Shown: positions 18,898 to 27,917 of the stretch, piece by piece
Layout: each line of letters starts with the position of its first letter
Position numbering within the stretch: the first letter of the stretch is position 1
Assembly (NCBI GenBank): GCA_017881075.1
Contig: JADGRH010000006.1
Location: 117,666-181,665, forward strand
Source: Minisyncoccota bacterium
GTDB taxonomy: Bacteria > Patescibacteriota > Minisyncoccia > Phycocordibacterales > CAJBRS01
Length of the DNA stretch: 64,000 bases
Direction of reading: 5' to 3'
The notes under the pieces: model-generated
Database searches by the model: none
Told to the model about the DNA's origin: nothing
The model's input: the letters and a program-made list of their open reading frames with translations, nothing else
Translations under genes and position numbers: made by a program

Positions 18898-18905
18898 TCA
18901 TTTAT

Positions 18906-20402
18906 TTATTCCACCCAATATTTCTTTCTGATCTCTTTTACTTTTTCTTCTTCAAAGTCCTCCTTTTTTTCTTTGCCCTTCTCCCCCATTTCTTGTAATT
19001 CTTTTTCGGATAATTTACTTAGAGTTTTAGCCTGCCCCAAAAGATATTTTTTAGTATTTAAACTAGGGTTCTCTAGGACTTCTTCAAGTAGGGCGTGCAA
19101 AATATAACCAATCTTGGGTCCCGGAACCAAGTTAAGGTCTTCCATAAGAGCATTACCATTGACTTTCAGCATGGAAACTGAGACTGGATCGTGCATGACC
19201 TCCTCAATCATTGATTTATATTTTCGCAGGCGATACGGATTTTCTTTCGGCCGGCCGGTTCCTACCCTATCGCAGATTCGCAGATTCATTAGATCCCAGA
19301 CATGTTCCTTGCCGACATTTTTTACCAATCGTCGTACCGCAGACAAAGTGATCTGTTCTGTATCGGAGAAAAACATATGCCAACGAATTAATTTAATCAC
19401 CACGTCTATGGTTTTTTTAGAAAATCGGAGATCAGCCAAAATCTTTGTAGCTATTCTTGCTCCAACAACATCGTGTCCGTAAAAAGTCCAATCTTTTTTC
19501 TCATCCGACCAACGACGAGTAGCTGGTTTTCCAATGTCGTGAAGTAATGCCGCTAGCCGAATTTCCAATGGCCATTTTTTGTCGGCGGCACACTGAAGAC
19601 TTCTGAGCAAATGCTCAAAGACGTCATAGGTGTGCGCCTGATTTTGTTTAATGCCGATAGCTTTTTTTAACTCAGGAATAATGTAGGTCAAAATACCCAT
19701 ATTATTAGCCATAATTAAGGCTTCCATTGGTTTTTCCGATATGAGAATACGAACGAATTCGTCGTGAATTCTTTCTCGAGCAATGTTTTTCAGGAGCTTT
19801 CCGTGCGTCTCAATAGCTTTTTCTGTTCCCTTTTCAATACTAAATCCCAGTTCGGCCGAGAGTCTGACCACCCGCATTATTCGGAGACCATCTTCTTTGA
19901 AACGTTCGTTAGGGTCTTCCACTGTTCGGATAATTTTATTTTTAATGTCCTCTTCTCCTTTATATAAATCAACAACCTTTCCCTTATATATATTGCTTTT
20001 ACTTTTTTCAATGGAAAGGGCGATGGCGTTAATGGTGAAATCACGTCTTTTAAGATCATCTTCTAATTTATTACTGAAAATAACCTGATCAGGGTGACGG
20101 TTGTCCGAATATTTAGCTTCCAGTCGATATGGTGTCACCTCCACTACCTTTAAAGACTCATCTGCAACCTCTTCATTCACTACCCCTACCGTACCGTAAT
20201 CGTTTTCGTAAAAAGTTTTGGGAAATATGGCTACAATATCCTCGGGCTTGGCATTAGTAGTAATGTCCCAATCCCTCGGTATTTTTTTTAGAAGCAGATC
20301 TCGAACACATCCACCAATCAAATAGGCCTCAAAATCGGCACTTTTCAATTTGTCGGTTATTCGTGAAACCTCGGGAGGAATAGCGAATTCTTTATCTTTC
20401 AT
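18906..20402 (-). CDS. cca: CCA-adding tRNA nucleotidyltransferase with HD domain
   Basis: GGCVRDLLL...DWD polymerase-beta motif. HD motif LAALLHDIGKP. Start trimmed to MKDKEF because the upstream 33 codons of the ORF read through tRNA-Arg. Confidence 0.85.
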   Translation of the reverse strand: MKDKEFAIPPEVSRITDKLKSADFEAYLIGGCVRDLLLKKIPRDWDITTNAKPEDIVAIFPKTFYENDYGTVGVVNEEVADESLKVVEVTPYRLEAKYSDNRHPDQVIFSNKLEDDLKRRDFTINAIALSIEKSKSNIYKGKVVDLYKGEEDIKNKIIRTVEDPNERFKEDGLRIMRVVRLSAELGFSIEKGTEKAIETHGKLLKNIARERIHDEFVRILISEKPMEALIMANNMGILTYIIPELKKAIGIKQNQAHTYDVFEHLLRSLQCAADKKWPLEIRLAALLHDIGKPATRRWSDEKKDWTFYGHDVVGARIATKILADLRFSKKTIDVVIKLIRWHMFFSDTEQITLSAVRRLVKNVGKEHVWDLMNLRICDRVGTGRPKENPYRLRKYKSMIEEVMHDPVSVSMLKVNGNALMEDLNLVPGPKIGYILHALLEEVLENPSLNTKKYLLGQAKTLSKLSEKELQEMGEKGKEKKEDFEEEKVKEIRKKYWVE

Positions 20403-20413
20403 AATTAATTTTG

Positions 20414-20485
20414 TGCGCCTGGCAGGACTCGAACCCACAATACGACGTCCGAAGCGTCGCGTGATATCCATTTCACCACAGGCGC
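20414..20485 (-). tRNA. tRNA-Arg (anticodon TCG)
   Basis: Cloverleaf folded by hand. Acceptor GCGCCTG/CAGGCGC. Anticodon stem CGACG/CGTCG with loop CTTCGGA. T-loop TTCGAGT. Confidence 0.75.
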
Positions 20486-20575
20486 AATTGACCCTTATCA
20501 TACGAGAAATAAGGAATAAAACAAAATATGATTGAAATGAGAAGAAAATATATTATAATGATCGTCTTACTCATT

Positions 20576-20646
20576 GCGGGTATGGTTTAGTGGTAGAATG
20601 AGTCCTTGCCAAGGACTAGACGGGAGTTCGATTCTCCCTACCCGCA
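20576..20646 (+). tRNA. tRNA-Gly (anticodon GCC)
   Basis: Acceptor GCGGGTA/TACCCGC. Anticodon stem AGTCC/GGACT with loop TTGCCAA. T-arm GGGAG-TTCGATT-CTCCC. Confidence 0.85.
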
Positions 20647-20661
20647 CAGATCAGTTTTTTT

Positions 20662-20699
20662 AAAGACAAAAAGACCTATTTTCGGGTCTTTTTGTCTTT
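20662..20699 (+). terminator. rho-independent terminator (AAAGACAAAAAGACC / GGTCTTTTTGTCTTT), bidirectional
   Basis: 15-bp perfect stem flanked by A- and T-tracts. Confidence 0.8.
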
Positions 20700-20873
20700 A
20701 ATGAAACGGCCAACTTTATAGGTTTTTTGATAATAACTGTGGATAACTCAGTGGATATGTGTATAAAGGACATGTCTTTTAGTAATATATGTTTCACATG
20801 AAACTGTTATTTATGAAACATCATTTTAACTATATTTTAAGGCTTTTTCATATCGATATGCTTTAATTATCGG

Positions 20874-21254
20874 ATGTGGAATAAAGAAATAGGTAAGATT
20901 GGAGAAGATATTGCTTGTAAGTTTCTTGTGAAACGCCGATTTAGCCTTATTGATAGGAATTACCTCAAGAAATATGGTGAAATTGATATTGTGGCAAGTA
21001 AGGGCGGTTTAGTTCATTTTATTGAGGTGAAAACTGTTTCATGTGAAAACTTGGACTTTAATAGATCTTCGGATCGTTACCGACCCGAAGATAATGTTCA
21101 CCCATATAAAGTAAAACGACTCAAAAGGGTTATTCAGGTCTATTTGATACAGAAACGTGTCTATTGCGATTGGCAATTTCACGTTATCACTGTCCTTTAT
21201 GATCCCGTCAGAAGGGAAGCGAAGGTAGATTTTTTAGAGGATTTGATTTTATAA
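20874..21254 (+). CDS. yraN: YraN/UPF0102 family endonuclease-like protein (GTG start)
   Basis: GEDIACKFL...GEIDIVASKGGLVHFIEVKT. Confidence 0.7.
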   Translation: MWNKEIGKIGEDIACKFLVKRRFSLIDRNYLKKYGEIDIVASKGGLVHFIEVKTVSCENLDFNRSSDRYRPEDNVHPYKVKRLKRVIQVYLIQKRVYCDWQFHVITVLYDPVRREAKVDFLEDLIL

Positions 21255-21257
21255 ATG

Positions 21258-21330
21258 TCGGGGCGCCGGGATTCGAACCCGGAGTCGCTTGATCCCAAAT
21301 CAAGAATGTTAGCCGTTACACCACGCCCCG
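21258..21330 (-). tRNA. tRNA-Pro (anticodon TGG)
   Basis: Acceptor CGGGGCG/CGCCCCG. Anticodon stem CTTGA/TCAAG with loop TTTGGGA. T-arm CCGGG-TTCGAAT-CCCGG. Confidence 0.85.
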
Positions 21331-21432
21331 TTAAATAAGATGATGGCTAGTTTAACACGATAAAATAGAAATAACCATTCTAAATTGACTTTTCAGATAA
21401 CTTGTTGTATCTTCGTGTAAGGGAGGATAAGA

Positions 21433-21810
21433 ATGGCACATACATTTATAAAAAGAAGTGATAGGAGAAAGCTTTCTCAAGGTCGAGCGGCCCGCAGAGG
21501 TTCTTTGCGGGGCAGGGAACTTGAAAGGACGGTTACCGAACACCTGGAGAGAATGAAGAATTCTAAACAGATAACTGATTACATTGCTCATCAACCGAAT
21601 TCCAAAGAAGATCACGAGGGCAGAGACTTTACGGTAAGATTCGGAGAAGGGGAATGTGCTCAGGAACATTCGTTTGGAGTTACCATCTCCTTACGAAAAT
21701 TTCATCGAACACAAGGGCCGCAAAATCAGGTGAAACAATTCTGTTTCCCGATAGGCACTAACAGAGAGACCATTATCAAGAGGATTTTAGGTCTTAGGGT
21801 CCAGAACTAG
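21433..21810 (+). CDS. hypothetical protein (125 aa)
   Basis: Strong RBS AAGGGAGG 7 nt upstream of ATG. No recognisable domain. A competing antisense ORF was rejected. Confidence 0.45.
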   Translation: MAHTFIKRSDRRKLSQGRAARRGSLRGRELERTVTEHLERMKNSKQITDYIAHQPNSKEDHEGRDFTVRFGEGECAQEHSFGVTISLRKFHRTQGPQNQVKQFCFPIGTNRETIIKRILGLRVQN

Positions 21811-21878
21811 CCGTCGAAAGATGGCATTTTATTTTTTAGTCATTTAGTATATTATTAGTTAAATAATTTTTATTTACT

Positions 21879-22754
21879 GTGAAAATAGTCACCCATAGCG
21901 GTAGTTTCCACCAAGACGAGTTGTTTGCGGTGGCCACATTGCAGTTGGTTTATCCGGATGCCGAAATTATTCGGACTCGTGATCCGGAAGTTATTGCCAG
22001 TGGAGATATTGTGGTAGATATAGGGGGAATTTATGATCCGGCACAAAATAAATTTGATCATCATCAGGAAGGGGGAGCGGGGAAGCGTGGAAATGGTATT
22101 CCGTACGCCGCGTTTGGATTAGTTTGGAAAAAATTCGGCCGCCAAATCTGTGGCGGCCGAGCAGAAGCAGCAGATTTGATGGATAGAAAGATGATCCAAG
22201 CCATTGATGCCTCGGATAATGGAGTTTTGGTCTACACCCCGGTCAATCGTGAGATTCAGCCATATCTTTTTGATAGTTTTCTGAATGCCATTACTCCAAC
22301 TTGGCGAGAAGGGAAAAGTATTGATGACGCTTTTATACAAATATTAGCTATCGTTAAATTAGTGCTGACAAAAGAAATAGAAAAAGCCAGATATTTTTTT
22401 GAAGAGACGGAATTGGTGCGAAAAGCTTATAAAGAGTCGGAAGATAAAAGAATTATTGTACTTGATCATCCATATCCCTGGAAAAGCGTTCTGACAAAAT
22501 TTCCCGAGCCGCTCTATGTGATCTATCAGGATCAAAATACAAAAGAGTGGGTGATCATGGCCATGAAAAAAGATCCCCGAGCTTTTATTTATCGAAAACT
22601 ATTTCCTCAAAGCTGGGCCGGAAAGGTAGGGAAGCCACTGGCAGAAGTTACCGGCGTTCCAGATGCCGTTTTCTGCCACAATAAGCGCTTTATCGCCAAG
22701 GCATGGTCTAAAGAAAGCGCAATAAAGATGGCTAAAATGGCCCTGGATAATTAA
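21879..22754 (+). CDS. MYG1/UPF0160 family metal-dependent hydrolase (GTG start)
   Basis: N-terminus MKIVTHSGSFHQDELFAVATL matches the MYG1 signature THxGxFHxDE. Confidence 0.6.
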   Translation: MKIVTHSGSFHQDELFAVATLQLVYPDAEIIRTRDPEVIASGDIVVDIGGIYDPAQNKFDHHQEGGAGKRGNGIPYAAFGLVWKKFGRQICGGRAEAADLMDRKMIQAIDASDNGVLVYTPVNREIQPYLFDSFLNAITPTWREGKSIDDAFIQILAIVKLVLTKEIEKARYFFEETELVRKAYKESEDKRIIVLDHPYPWKSVLTKFPEPLYVIYQDQNTKEWVIMAMKKDPRAFIYRKLFPQSWAGKVGKPLAEVTGVPDAVFCHNKRFIAKAWSKESAIKMAKMALDN

Positions 22755-22757
22755 TTT

Positions 22758-24134
22758 ATGAACGAGAAGTATTCGGAAGCGATCGAGAATTACAAAAAAG
22801 ATCCCTCGCTTTTCTTATCGCATTCGTTGGTGGAAAATGATGAATTGCTTGCCTCTTTTGGCATCTCCATTCCGAACAAAAGTGCCCTACCGGAAGTTTT
22901 TTTGAAATTATATCCCCAAGATTTCATGGTGGAAGAGGTTCTGAAGAACGGGGAAGTCTGTACTGCCGAGTTTAAACCACTAGAGATGCTTAGCACTTCC
23001 GGAAAATCTTTTCATGTCACGTTGGTGAAATGCAATATCGGTACCTTGGAAGCGGCTGAGGAAATTGCCAAACAACTTGCTGTTCCGGTAAACTCTGTCG
23101 GCTACGCCGGCCTGAAAGACAACGACGCCATTACTTCACAGAGAATTTCTTTGACCAGTATTGCAGCGGAAAAGATTTCCGGCATCAGACATCCGTCTTT
23201 CTTTCTGAAGGACATTGAAGAAAACGGATTGATAATAAAAAAGGGCGAATTAAAAGGGAATCGATTCACCATTTTGCTTAGAACCAGAGGGAATGATCCG
23301 GCAGGAAAGAAGGCTTTATTGGACAGCTTAAAATTGATTCAGGAAAATGGATTTTATAATTTTTACTATCTCCAGCGGTTCGGGGCGCCTCGTTTGTTGA
23401 ATCATTACTGCGGGTTTCTGGTACTGCAGGGAAATTACAAAGAAGCCGTCCTTGCCGCTCTTTGTCAAAAAGGGAAAACGGACTTGAATCACATCAATAA
23501 AATCAGAGAAGAAGCCTCGGCCCATTTTGGAGAGTGGAAATATCTTCACGATCTTTTTCTTCCTCATGGAAAAGATCTCTATTATGAAATTCGGCTGGTA
23601 GAGCACCTCGCGAAGCATCCGGAAGATTTTGAAGGAGCTCTTCGCAATGTCCCAGACCTTGTCACCATCTGGGTTTACGCCTCTTCTTCTTGGCTATTCA
23701 ATAATAGACTGTCATCACTGATCAAGAGTTCAAATAACAAAATTCCAAAAACCCTTCCTTTGTTTTTAAGTAGTGATCAATCCAATTGGGAAAGTTATCG
23801 GTCTCTGCTTTCCAAACTTCTGGCCTACCCGCCCAACTTTGGAAATATTTTGAAGGTTTTGCCAGGGCTCGGGCTATGGTCGCGATACGTCAACACCAAA
23901 GCTAAATTTATTTTAAACGGAACTGAGACGATCGATGAGGGGATAGTTCTCTCTTTTACTCTGGGTAGGGGAGAATACGCCACAACTTTATTGGCTCATG
24001 TATGCAACATGATCTCTTATGCTCCTCCGCAGGACATCAGCTTCAATCCGGTAGATAGTATCTCATCCAATGGAAATCCTTTAAAAGAGACCTTTGAGGG
24101 CTTCGCCGAGGCCAAAAAGCCAGTCTTTGCTTGA
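22758..24134 (+). CDS. truD: tRNA pseudouridine synthase TruD/Pus7 family
   Basis: GYAGLKDNDAITSQ (catalytic Asp motif) and FYYLQRFGAPR. Confidence 0.7.
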   Translation: MNEKYSEAIENYKKDPSLFLSHSLVENDELLASFGISIPNKSALPEVFLKLYPQDFMVEEVLKNGEVCTAEFKPLEMLSTSGKSFHVTLVKCNIGTLEAAEEIAKQLAVPVNSVGYAGLKDNDAITSQRISLTSIAAEKISGIRHPSFFLKDIEENGLIIKKGELKGNRFTILLRTRGNDPAGKKALLDSLKLIQENGFYNFYYLQRFGAPRLLNHYCGFLVLQGNYKEAVLAALCQKGKTDLNHINKIREEASAHFGEWKYLHDLFLPHGKDLYYEIRLVEHLAKHPEDFEGALRNVPDLVTIWVYASSSWLFNNRLSSLIKSSNNKIPKTLPLFLSSDQSNWESYRSLLSKLLAYPPNFGNILKVLPGLGLWSRYVNTKAKFILNGTETIDEGIVLSFTLGRGEYATTLLAHVCNMISYAPPQDISFNPVDSISSNGNPLKETFEGFAEAKKPVFA

Positions 24135-24158
24135 CTTTTTCCTTGAATATGGTATACT
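24131..24158 (+). promoter_or_regulatory. near-consensus sigma70-type promoter TTGACT-N16-TGgTATACT (extended -10) overlapping the truD stop
   Basis: Read from the sequence. It drives the GC-rich gene downstream. Confidence 0.55.
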
Positions 24159-24370
24159 AGCGGGCAGAACTCCTAATAGGTTTGTTGAAGAAATTTCTCT
24201 GTATCTTGGCCACTAGCGGCTGAGAGCAGGGGTTCCGGACGGCGCTTCTGTGCCGTCAAATTGCTCCCCGCACTGTGTGCGGTACGACAATGGATATAAC
24301 GAGGGCGGAATAATTCCGTACAACAAAAATTCCTCTAAAATTTCAGAGAATTGATTTAGGACTGAACAAG

Positions 24371-25387
24371 ATGGTAAAACCAAATAGAAATCACAGGCAA
24401 GGCGGTGTTTTCGGAATGCTGATGGCGCGAGTCATCATCACCACCGACCGTATCGCGGGTAACAACTACACCGCGATCGGCGTCGTTCCAACGGAAATCG
24501 TGGACGGCGACACTCATCTCGGCGAACATCGTGACGAGATTATCGGTCAGGACCTTCAGCCCCACCACAGACTGCGTAATGCCGTCGTCGTGGTCGAGCC
24601 AAAAGGCAATCGGTTCGTTCCTCTACTTTCAAAGGATCTGACCGGTAACGACCCTCTCCCCGGAGTCGGGGAAGAGATCATGATGTTGTTCCGGGTCAAT
24701 AGTCCCGAAGGCGATAACCGCAGCATCGTTGAGCGGGCATTTGCCCTGTCGTGGTCGACGGTCGAGGCTTACAGTCGAGGCGGCGAAGAAGCGGCGAAGA
24801 AAAACGAGGACCTGCCCGAGCTCAAGAACGAGATCGATGTCGAATACCGCAGTCTCTGGCGGATGACGTCGGAGTCGGCGCGGATCACCATCGGATGGAT
24901 GACCCCGCAGAAGCTTGCGGACAAGCTGCACTTCCTCAATCGCGGCCTGGTGCCAGCGGACGCCAAGTGGTTCCGTCGGGACCCCGAGATCGGCAAGCAG
25001 CTGGTCGAAGCCGATGAGGACACCCGGAAGGCGATCATCCAACAGATGCAGACCGGCGTGGAATCGAGCGCGCGGCCGAAGGCGCTGACCATGATGCGGA
25101 CGGGCGTCGTCCAAAAGCAGGAACGCCGTTCTCAGCCGAAGCAGCGCACCGAGCGCCTCGGCCCAGTCGAGAAGGAGATCCTGGCAGAGCATCGGAGTGA
25201 TGGGCAACCTCACTCGAGCCTCATCCAGTTCCCTGCGACTGCAGAGCCGAGCGCAACGGCCAAGCGCCCCGCGCCAAAGGCCAAAGCCCCGCGCAAAGGC
25301 GACGGCAAGAAAAGCAAGAAGCGCGACCCTCGGCGCCGTTCGGATCAACGGATCGACGGTGACGAAGATGCGGCGATGATCGCCTAA
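24371..25387 (+). CDS. hypothetical protein encoded in a ~60% GC island, with a basic AKP-rich C-terminal tail
   Basis: AGGA RBS 8 nt upstream. GC3-rich codon usage unlike its neighbours. C-terminus KRPAPKAKAPRKGDGKKSKKRD. Confidence 0.5.
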   Translation: MVKPNRNHRQGGVFGMLMARVIITTDRIAGNNYTAIGVVPTEIVDGDTHLGEHRDEIIGQDLQPHHRLRNAVVVVEPKGNRFVPLLSKDLTGNDPLPGVGEEIMMLFRVNSPEGDNRSIVERAFALSWSTVEAYSRGGEEAAKKNEDLPELKNEIDVEYRSLWRMTSESARITIGWMTPQKLADKLHFLNRGLVPADAKWFRRDPEIGKQLVEADEDTRKAIIQQMQTGVESSARPKALTMMRTGVVQKQERRSQPKQRTERLGPVEKEILAEHRSDGQPHSSLIQFPATAEPSATAKRPAPKAKAPRKGDGKKSKKRDPRRRSDQRIDGDEDAAMIA

Positions 25388-25426
25388 ATAAGAAAAGTCC
25401 ACAGAGGTTCGAATCCAATGTGGCGA

Positions 25427-25460
25427 GCGGTTGAGTTTACGAACTCAGCCGCTTTTTTTT
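25427..25460 (+). terminator. rho-independent terminator GCGGTTGAGTT-tacg-AACTCAGCCGC-T8
   Basis: 11-bp stem with one G-U pair, followed by a T8 tract. Confidence 0.85.
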
Positions 25461-25477
25461 GTTATAATTTTAGGGCA

Positions 25478-25774
25478 ATGTCAAAGAAATTCATAAAAAA
25501 TGTAGAAGATTTTTTCTGCGATCACTGCGGAGAAGTTGTGAAAGGTAATGGTTATACCAATCATTGCCCGAAGTGTCTTTGGAGTAAGCATGTGGATGTG
25601 GATCCGGGGGATAGGGCTAGCGAATGTGGGGGAATGATGGAGCCGATTAGGATTGAAGAGAAGGGCGGGGAGCACTCTATTGTTCATAAGTGTATTAAAT
25701 GTGGTGCGGAGAAGAAGAATAAGATGGCGGTGGGGGATGATTTTGAGAAAGTTATCGATATAACAGGAAATTAA
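25478..25774 (+). CDS. RNHCP-domain zinc-ribbon protein
   Basis: CDHCGE...TNHCPKCLWSKHVD...CGGM...CIKCG. TATAAT lies 9 nt upstream of the ATG, so the mRNA is leaderless. Confidence 0.6.
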   Translation: MSKKFIKNVEDFFCDHCGEVVKGNGYTNHCPKCLWSKHVDVDPGDRASECGGMMEPIRIEEKGGEHSIVHKCIKCGAEKKNKMAVGDDFEKVIDITGN

Positions 25775-25784
25775 TCTCAATTGT

Positions 25785-25885
25785 CTGGTGTGGCCCGCAT
25801 CCTTTCCGTTCGTTTTTCTCCGCAGACTCCGAAGAAACGACCGTAAACTCTGCGGGAACAGCCTGGACCATTGGGTATTGCACAG
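25785..25885 (+). repeat. copy A of a ~105-nt GC-rich intergenic repeat family (shared termini CCTGGTCCCCCGCATCC ... CGGGAACAGCCTGGAC-TTGG-ATTGCA)
   Basis: Aligned by eye with copies at 32845-32947 and 34270-34378. Confidence 0.75.
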
Positions 25886-26085
25886 TTCTCATGTAGTGGT
25901 GCGGCTACTCTAGGTTCTAATTGATAAGCGAAAACCACCAGCATTTTCTTTAATGAGGAAACTGTTTGACGAGTTTACGAATTGCCTGCCGAAGGAGACA
26001 ACGGCTTCGACTCGACTGGAGGCGGTGCAATCGTTAACGAGGAGTTTTCCGAGTTAAAGAAAATGCTGGGGGTTGGAGCGAGAAG

Positions 26086-27339
26086 TTAATGAGGTAGATA
26101 CGAAACCAATTCCTGCTCGTCGTGTGCTTTGAAATTGGCGGCGACGGTGGAGAGGTTGCGATTTAAGAACGCAGAAAGAGAAAGTCCGGCGCTTCGTTGT
26201 AGGTCTCTATTTATATAGGAAAGAGTGAGGGCCTGGAGATCTTTCAGATTGGAATGAAGGTCGGGAATGGTAGTGGCAATAAGACCGATCAATTTCCCGT
26301 CGGTATTGACGATACCACCGCCGGAGGCGCCTCGCTCGGCGATAGGGGTACCAGTGGTGCGAATGAGATCGGCGCCTCCTCCGGAAGCAAAAGTGTAATT
26401 TGTGACGATGGAAAGATTATCAGTTTCAATTCTCAAATTTCTAATTACCTCATTGGAGCTTAGGGCCCCGGCCGGATAACCAACAGCCAAAATTGGAGTG
26501 TTATCGCCGAGCGAAGTATCAGTGGTATCGACTGGTATGGAAGAGAAATTTCGCGGTAGGGTATCACCATTGACTGCTCCGTTAACAAGAAGCAAGGCAT
26601 AGTCTCCCTCACCCGTCTCTTCCGATTGATTGCTTTGATTTACCTCACTGCCGTGCGCCCGAAGCCATGCAGGTGAGATATAGAGTACGGTCGCTTTGTA
26701 GAAAGAAACGGCCGGCGAGCCTTTGCGAATGAAGCAATTTTTATTTGGGTTATCTAAATAATCTGCTAGAAGGATTTGATCTGCCACGTGAGCGTTAGTG
26801 AGAATTACTCCACGATTGTCTATAACCACACCACTGCCGGTGACGATAGTAATATTGTTTCCTACTTGGGTAGTGCAATAAATATTGACGACGGATGCGA
26901 TGGGATTTGATGTAGTGGGCGGGTTAGGATTAGTAGAAGTGGAGGTTGAGGTTGGAGTTGCTGTTGGAAGTGTAGGAATAGCTGGTGCTTGAGGAGCAGT
27001 GGAAGAGGACGGCCCATTGCTGGAAAGAGGAATTGGAGTGAAGGTAGGCACTTGAATGGCTAATGTCGGAAGTTTTTGTTTTTTAGTAGGAGTAGGTTTT
27101 TTTAGAATATTTTCTGGTGAGCTAGTGCTGTATGCGGTAGGGAGAAGTGGGGCGTAAGTCTGGAACGTGGTACTAGCGGGCCCGCCTAGACTCGAAAAAA
27201 TGCTAGTCGAGGCTGGTCGCTCCAAACCGGGGAGAGTTATGGCTGGAGAGGGAAGATGAGTAGACAGAGGAATGTATGGTAACCCTAAGAACGAGCCGAT
27301 GCTGAGAAGAATGGAAATAAAATGAGATGCGGCATTCAT
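26086..27339 (-). CDS. secreted trypsin-like (S1C/HtrA-like) serine protease with P/T-rich linker
   Basis: TNAHVADQ (His), GDYALLLV (Asp) and GASGGG (Ser). Confidence 0.7.
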   Translation of the reverse strand: MNAASHFISILLSIGSFLGLPYIPLSTHLPSPAITLPGLERPASTSIFSSLGGPASTTFQTYAPLLPTAYSTSSPENILKKPTPTKKQKLPTLAIQVPTFTPIPLSSNGPSSSTAPQAPAIPTLPTATPTSTSTSTNPNPPTTSNPIASVVNIYCTTQVGNNITIVTGSGVVIDNRGVILTNAHVADQILLADYLDNPNKNCFIRKGSPAVSFYKATVLYISPAWLRAHGSEVNQSNQSEETGEGDYALLLVNGAVNGDTLPRNFSSIPVDTTDTSLGDNTPILAVGYPAGALSSNEVIRNLRIETDNLSIVTNYTFASGGGADLIRTTGTPIAERGASGGGIVNTDGKLIGLIATTIPDLHSNLKDLQALTLSYINRDLQRSAGLSLSAFLNRNLSTVAANFKAHDEQELVSYLPH

Positions 27340-27346
27340 ATGTATT

Positions 27347-27420
27347 TGGTGCGGGATGGGGGAATCGAACTCCCGACCACAGTTTGGAAAACTGTCGTTT
27401 TACCACTAAACTAATCCCGC
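27347..27420 (-). tRNA. tRNA-Gly (anticodon TCC), CCA encoded
   Basis: Acceptor GCGGGAT/ATCCCGC. Anticodon stem ACAGT/ACTGT with loop TTTCCAA. T-loop TTCGATT. 3' end ACCA. Confidence 0.8.
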
Positions 27421-27467
27421 TCTTCTTCGCCACAAATATAACAGATAAGGCCTTTTTTGCAAAAAAA

Positions 27468-27496
27468 GAGTCGCGCCGGAGGCGCGACTCTTTTTT
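27468..27496. terminator. bidirectional terminator GAGTCGCGCC-gga-GGCGCGACTC flanked by A7 and T6
   Basis: 10-bp perfect stem. Confidence 0.8.
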
Positions 27497-27520
27497 AAGT
27501 GGGCGAAGTTAAGATATTAA

Positions 27521-27793
27521 TTACTTAACAGCGTCTTTCAAAGCTTTAGCGGCTCTGAATTTTGGAACTCTCATGGCTTTGACCTGGATTGATTCGCCGG
27601 TTCGAGGATTTCGAGCGGTTCGAGCGGCTCGCTGTTTGGCGACGAAAATGCCGAGGCCGGAGATTGAAACTTCCTCACCTTTTTTCAGAGTATTAACGAT
27701 CGAGTCGATAACGGTGTCCATTACCTGTTCTGCCTGAACCCGAGTTCCCCCGAGGACCTGCTGAATGGCTTCTACAATTCCTGCTTTATTCAT
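27521..27793 (-). CDS. hup: HU family DNA-binding protein
   Basis: 90 aa. GLGIFVAKQRAARTARNPRTGE. Confidence 0.95.
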   Translation of the reverse strand: MNKAGIVEAIQQVLGGTRVQAEQVMDTVIDSIVNTLKKGEEVSISGLGIFVAKQRAARTARNPRTGESIQVKAMRVPKFRAAKALKDAVK

Positions 27794-27917
27794 CTTGCTT
27801 ATATTTATAGCTTATAAATACCTCGACCTCTTTAATGTTGATATAAATGATTATATATTAGGCCCTTTTTAGTGCAATAGGGTGATTTTCCACATACCAA
27901 TGGGCACCATTGGTATT

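Noticed and set aside
18906-20501. Original 531-aa cca ORF including codons 20403-20501
   Set aside because: Its N-terminal 33 codons are the reverse-strand translation of tRNA-Arg. Trimmed to the internal Met.
24165-24370. Leader of the GC-rich gene as a cobalamin or TPP riboswitch (GCCACUA, CCCCGCACUGUG, GCUGAGA)
   Set aside because: Motif order is wrong for cobalamin. The TPP pyrimidine-sensing helix consensus (CCUGAUCUGGAUAAUACCAGCG) is absent. No known class can be assigned without covariance models.
24629-25418. Long minus-strand ORFs (257 aa, 107 aa, 65 aa) antisense to the GC-rich gene
   Set aside because: Stop-codon paucity in 60% GC DNA yields long antisense frames. Their Arg/Leu-rich composition and lack of RBS indicate artefacts.
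25400-25420. tRNA-like GGTTCGAATCC after the GC-rich gene, and GAGTTCGAGTCC at 44776-44787
   Set aside because: Only T-loop-like motifs are present. There are no acceptor, D or anticodon arms. At most these are tRNA-derived remnants, not genes.
25945-26049. 34-aa ORF (MRKLFDEF...) 60 nt downstream of repeat copy A
   Set aside because: No SD and not conserved with the other copies' contexts. Likely chance.
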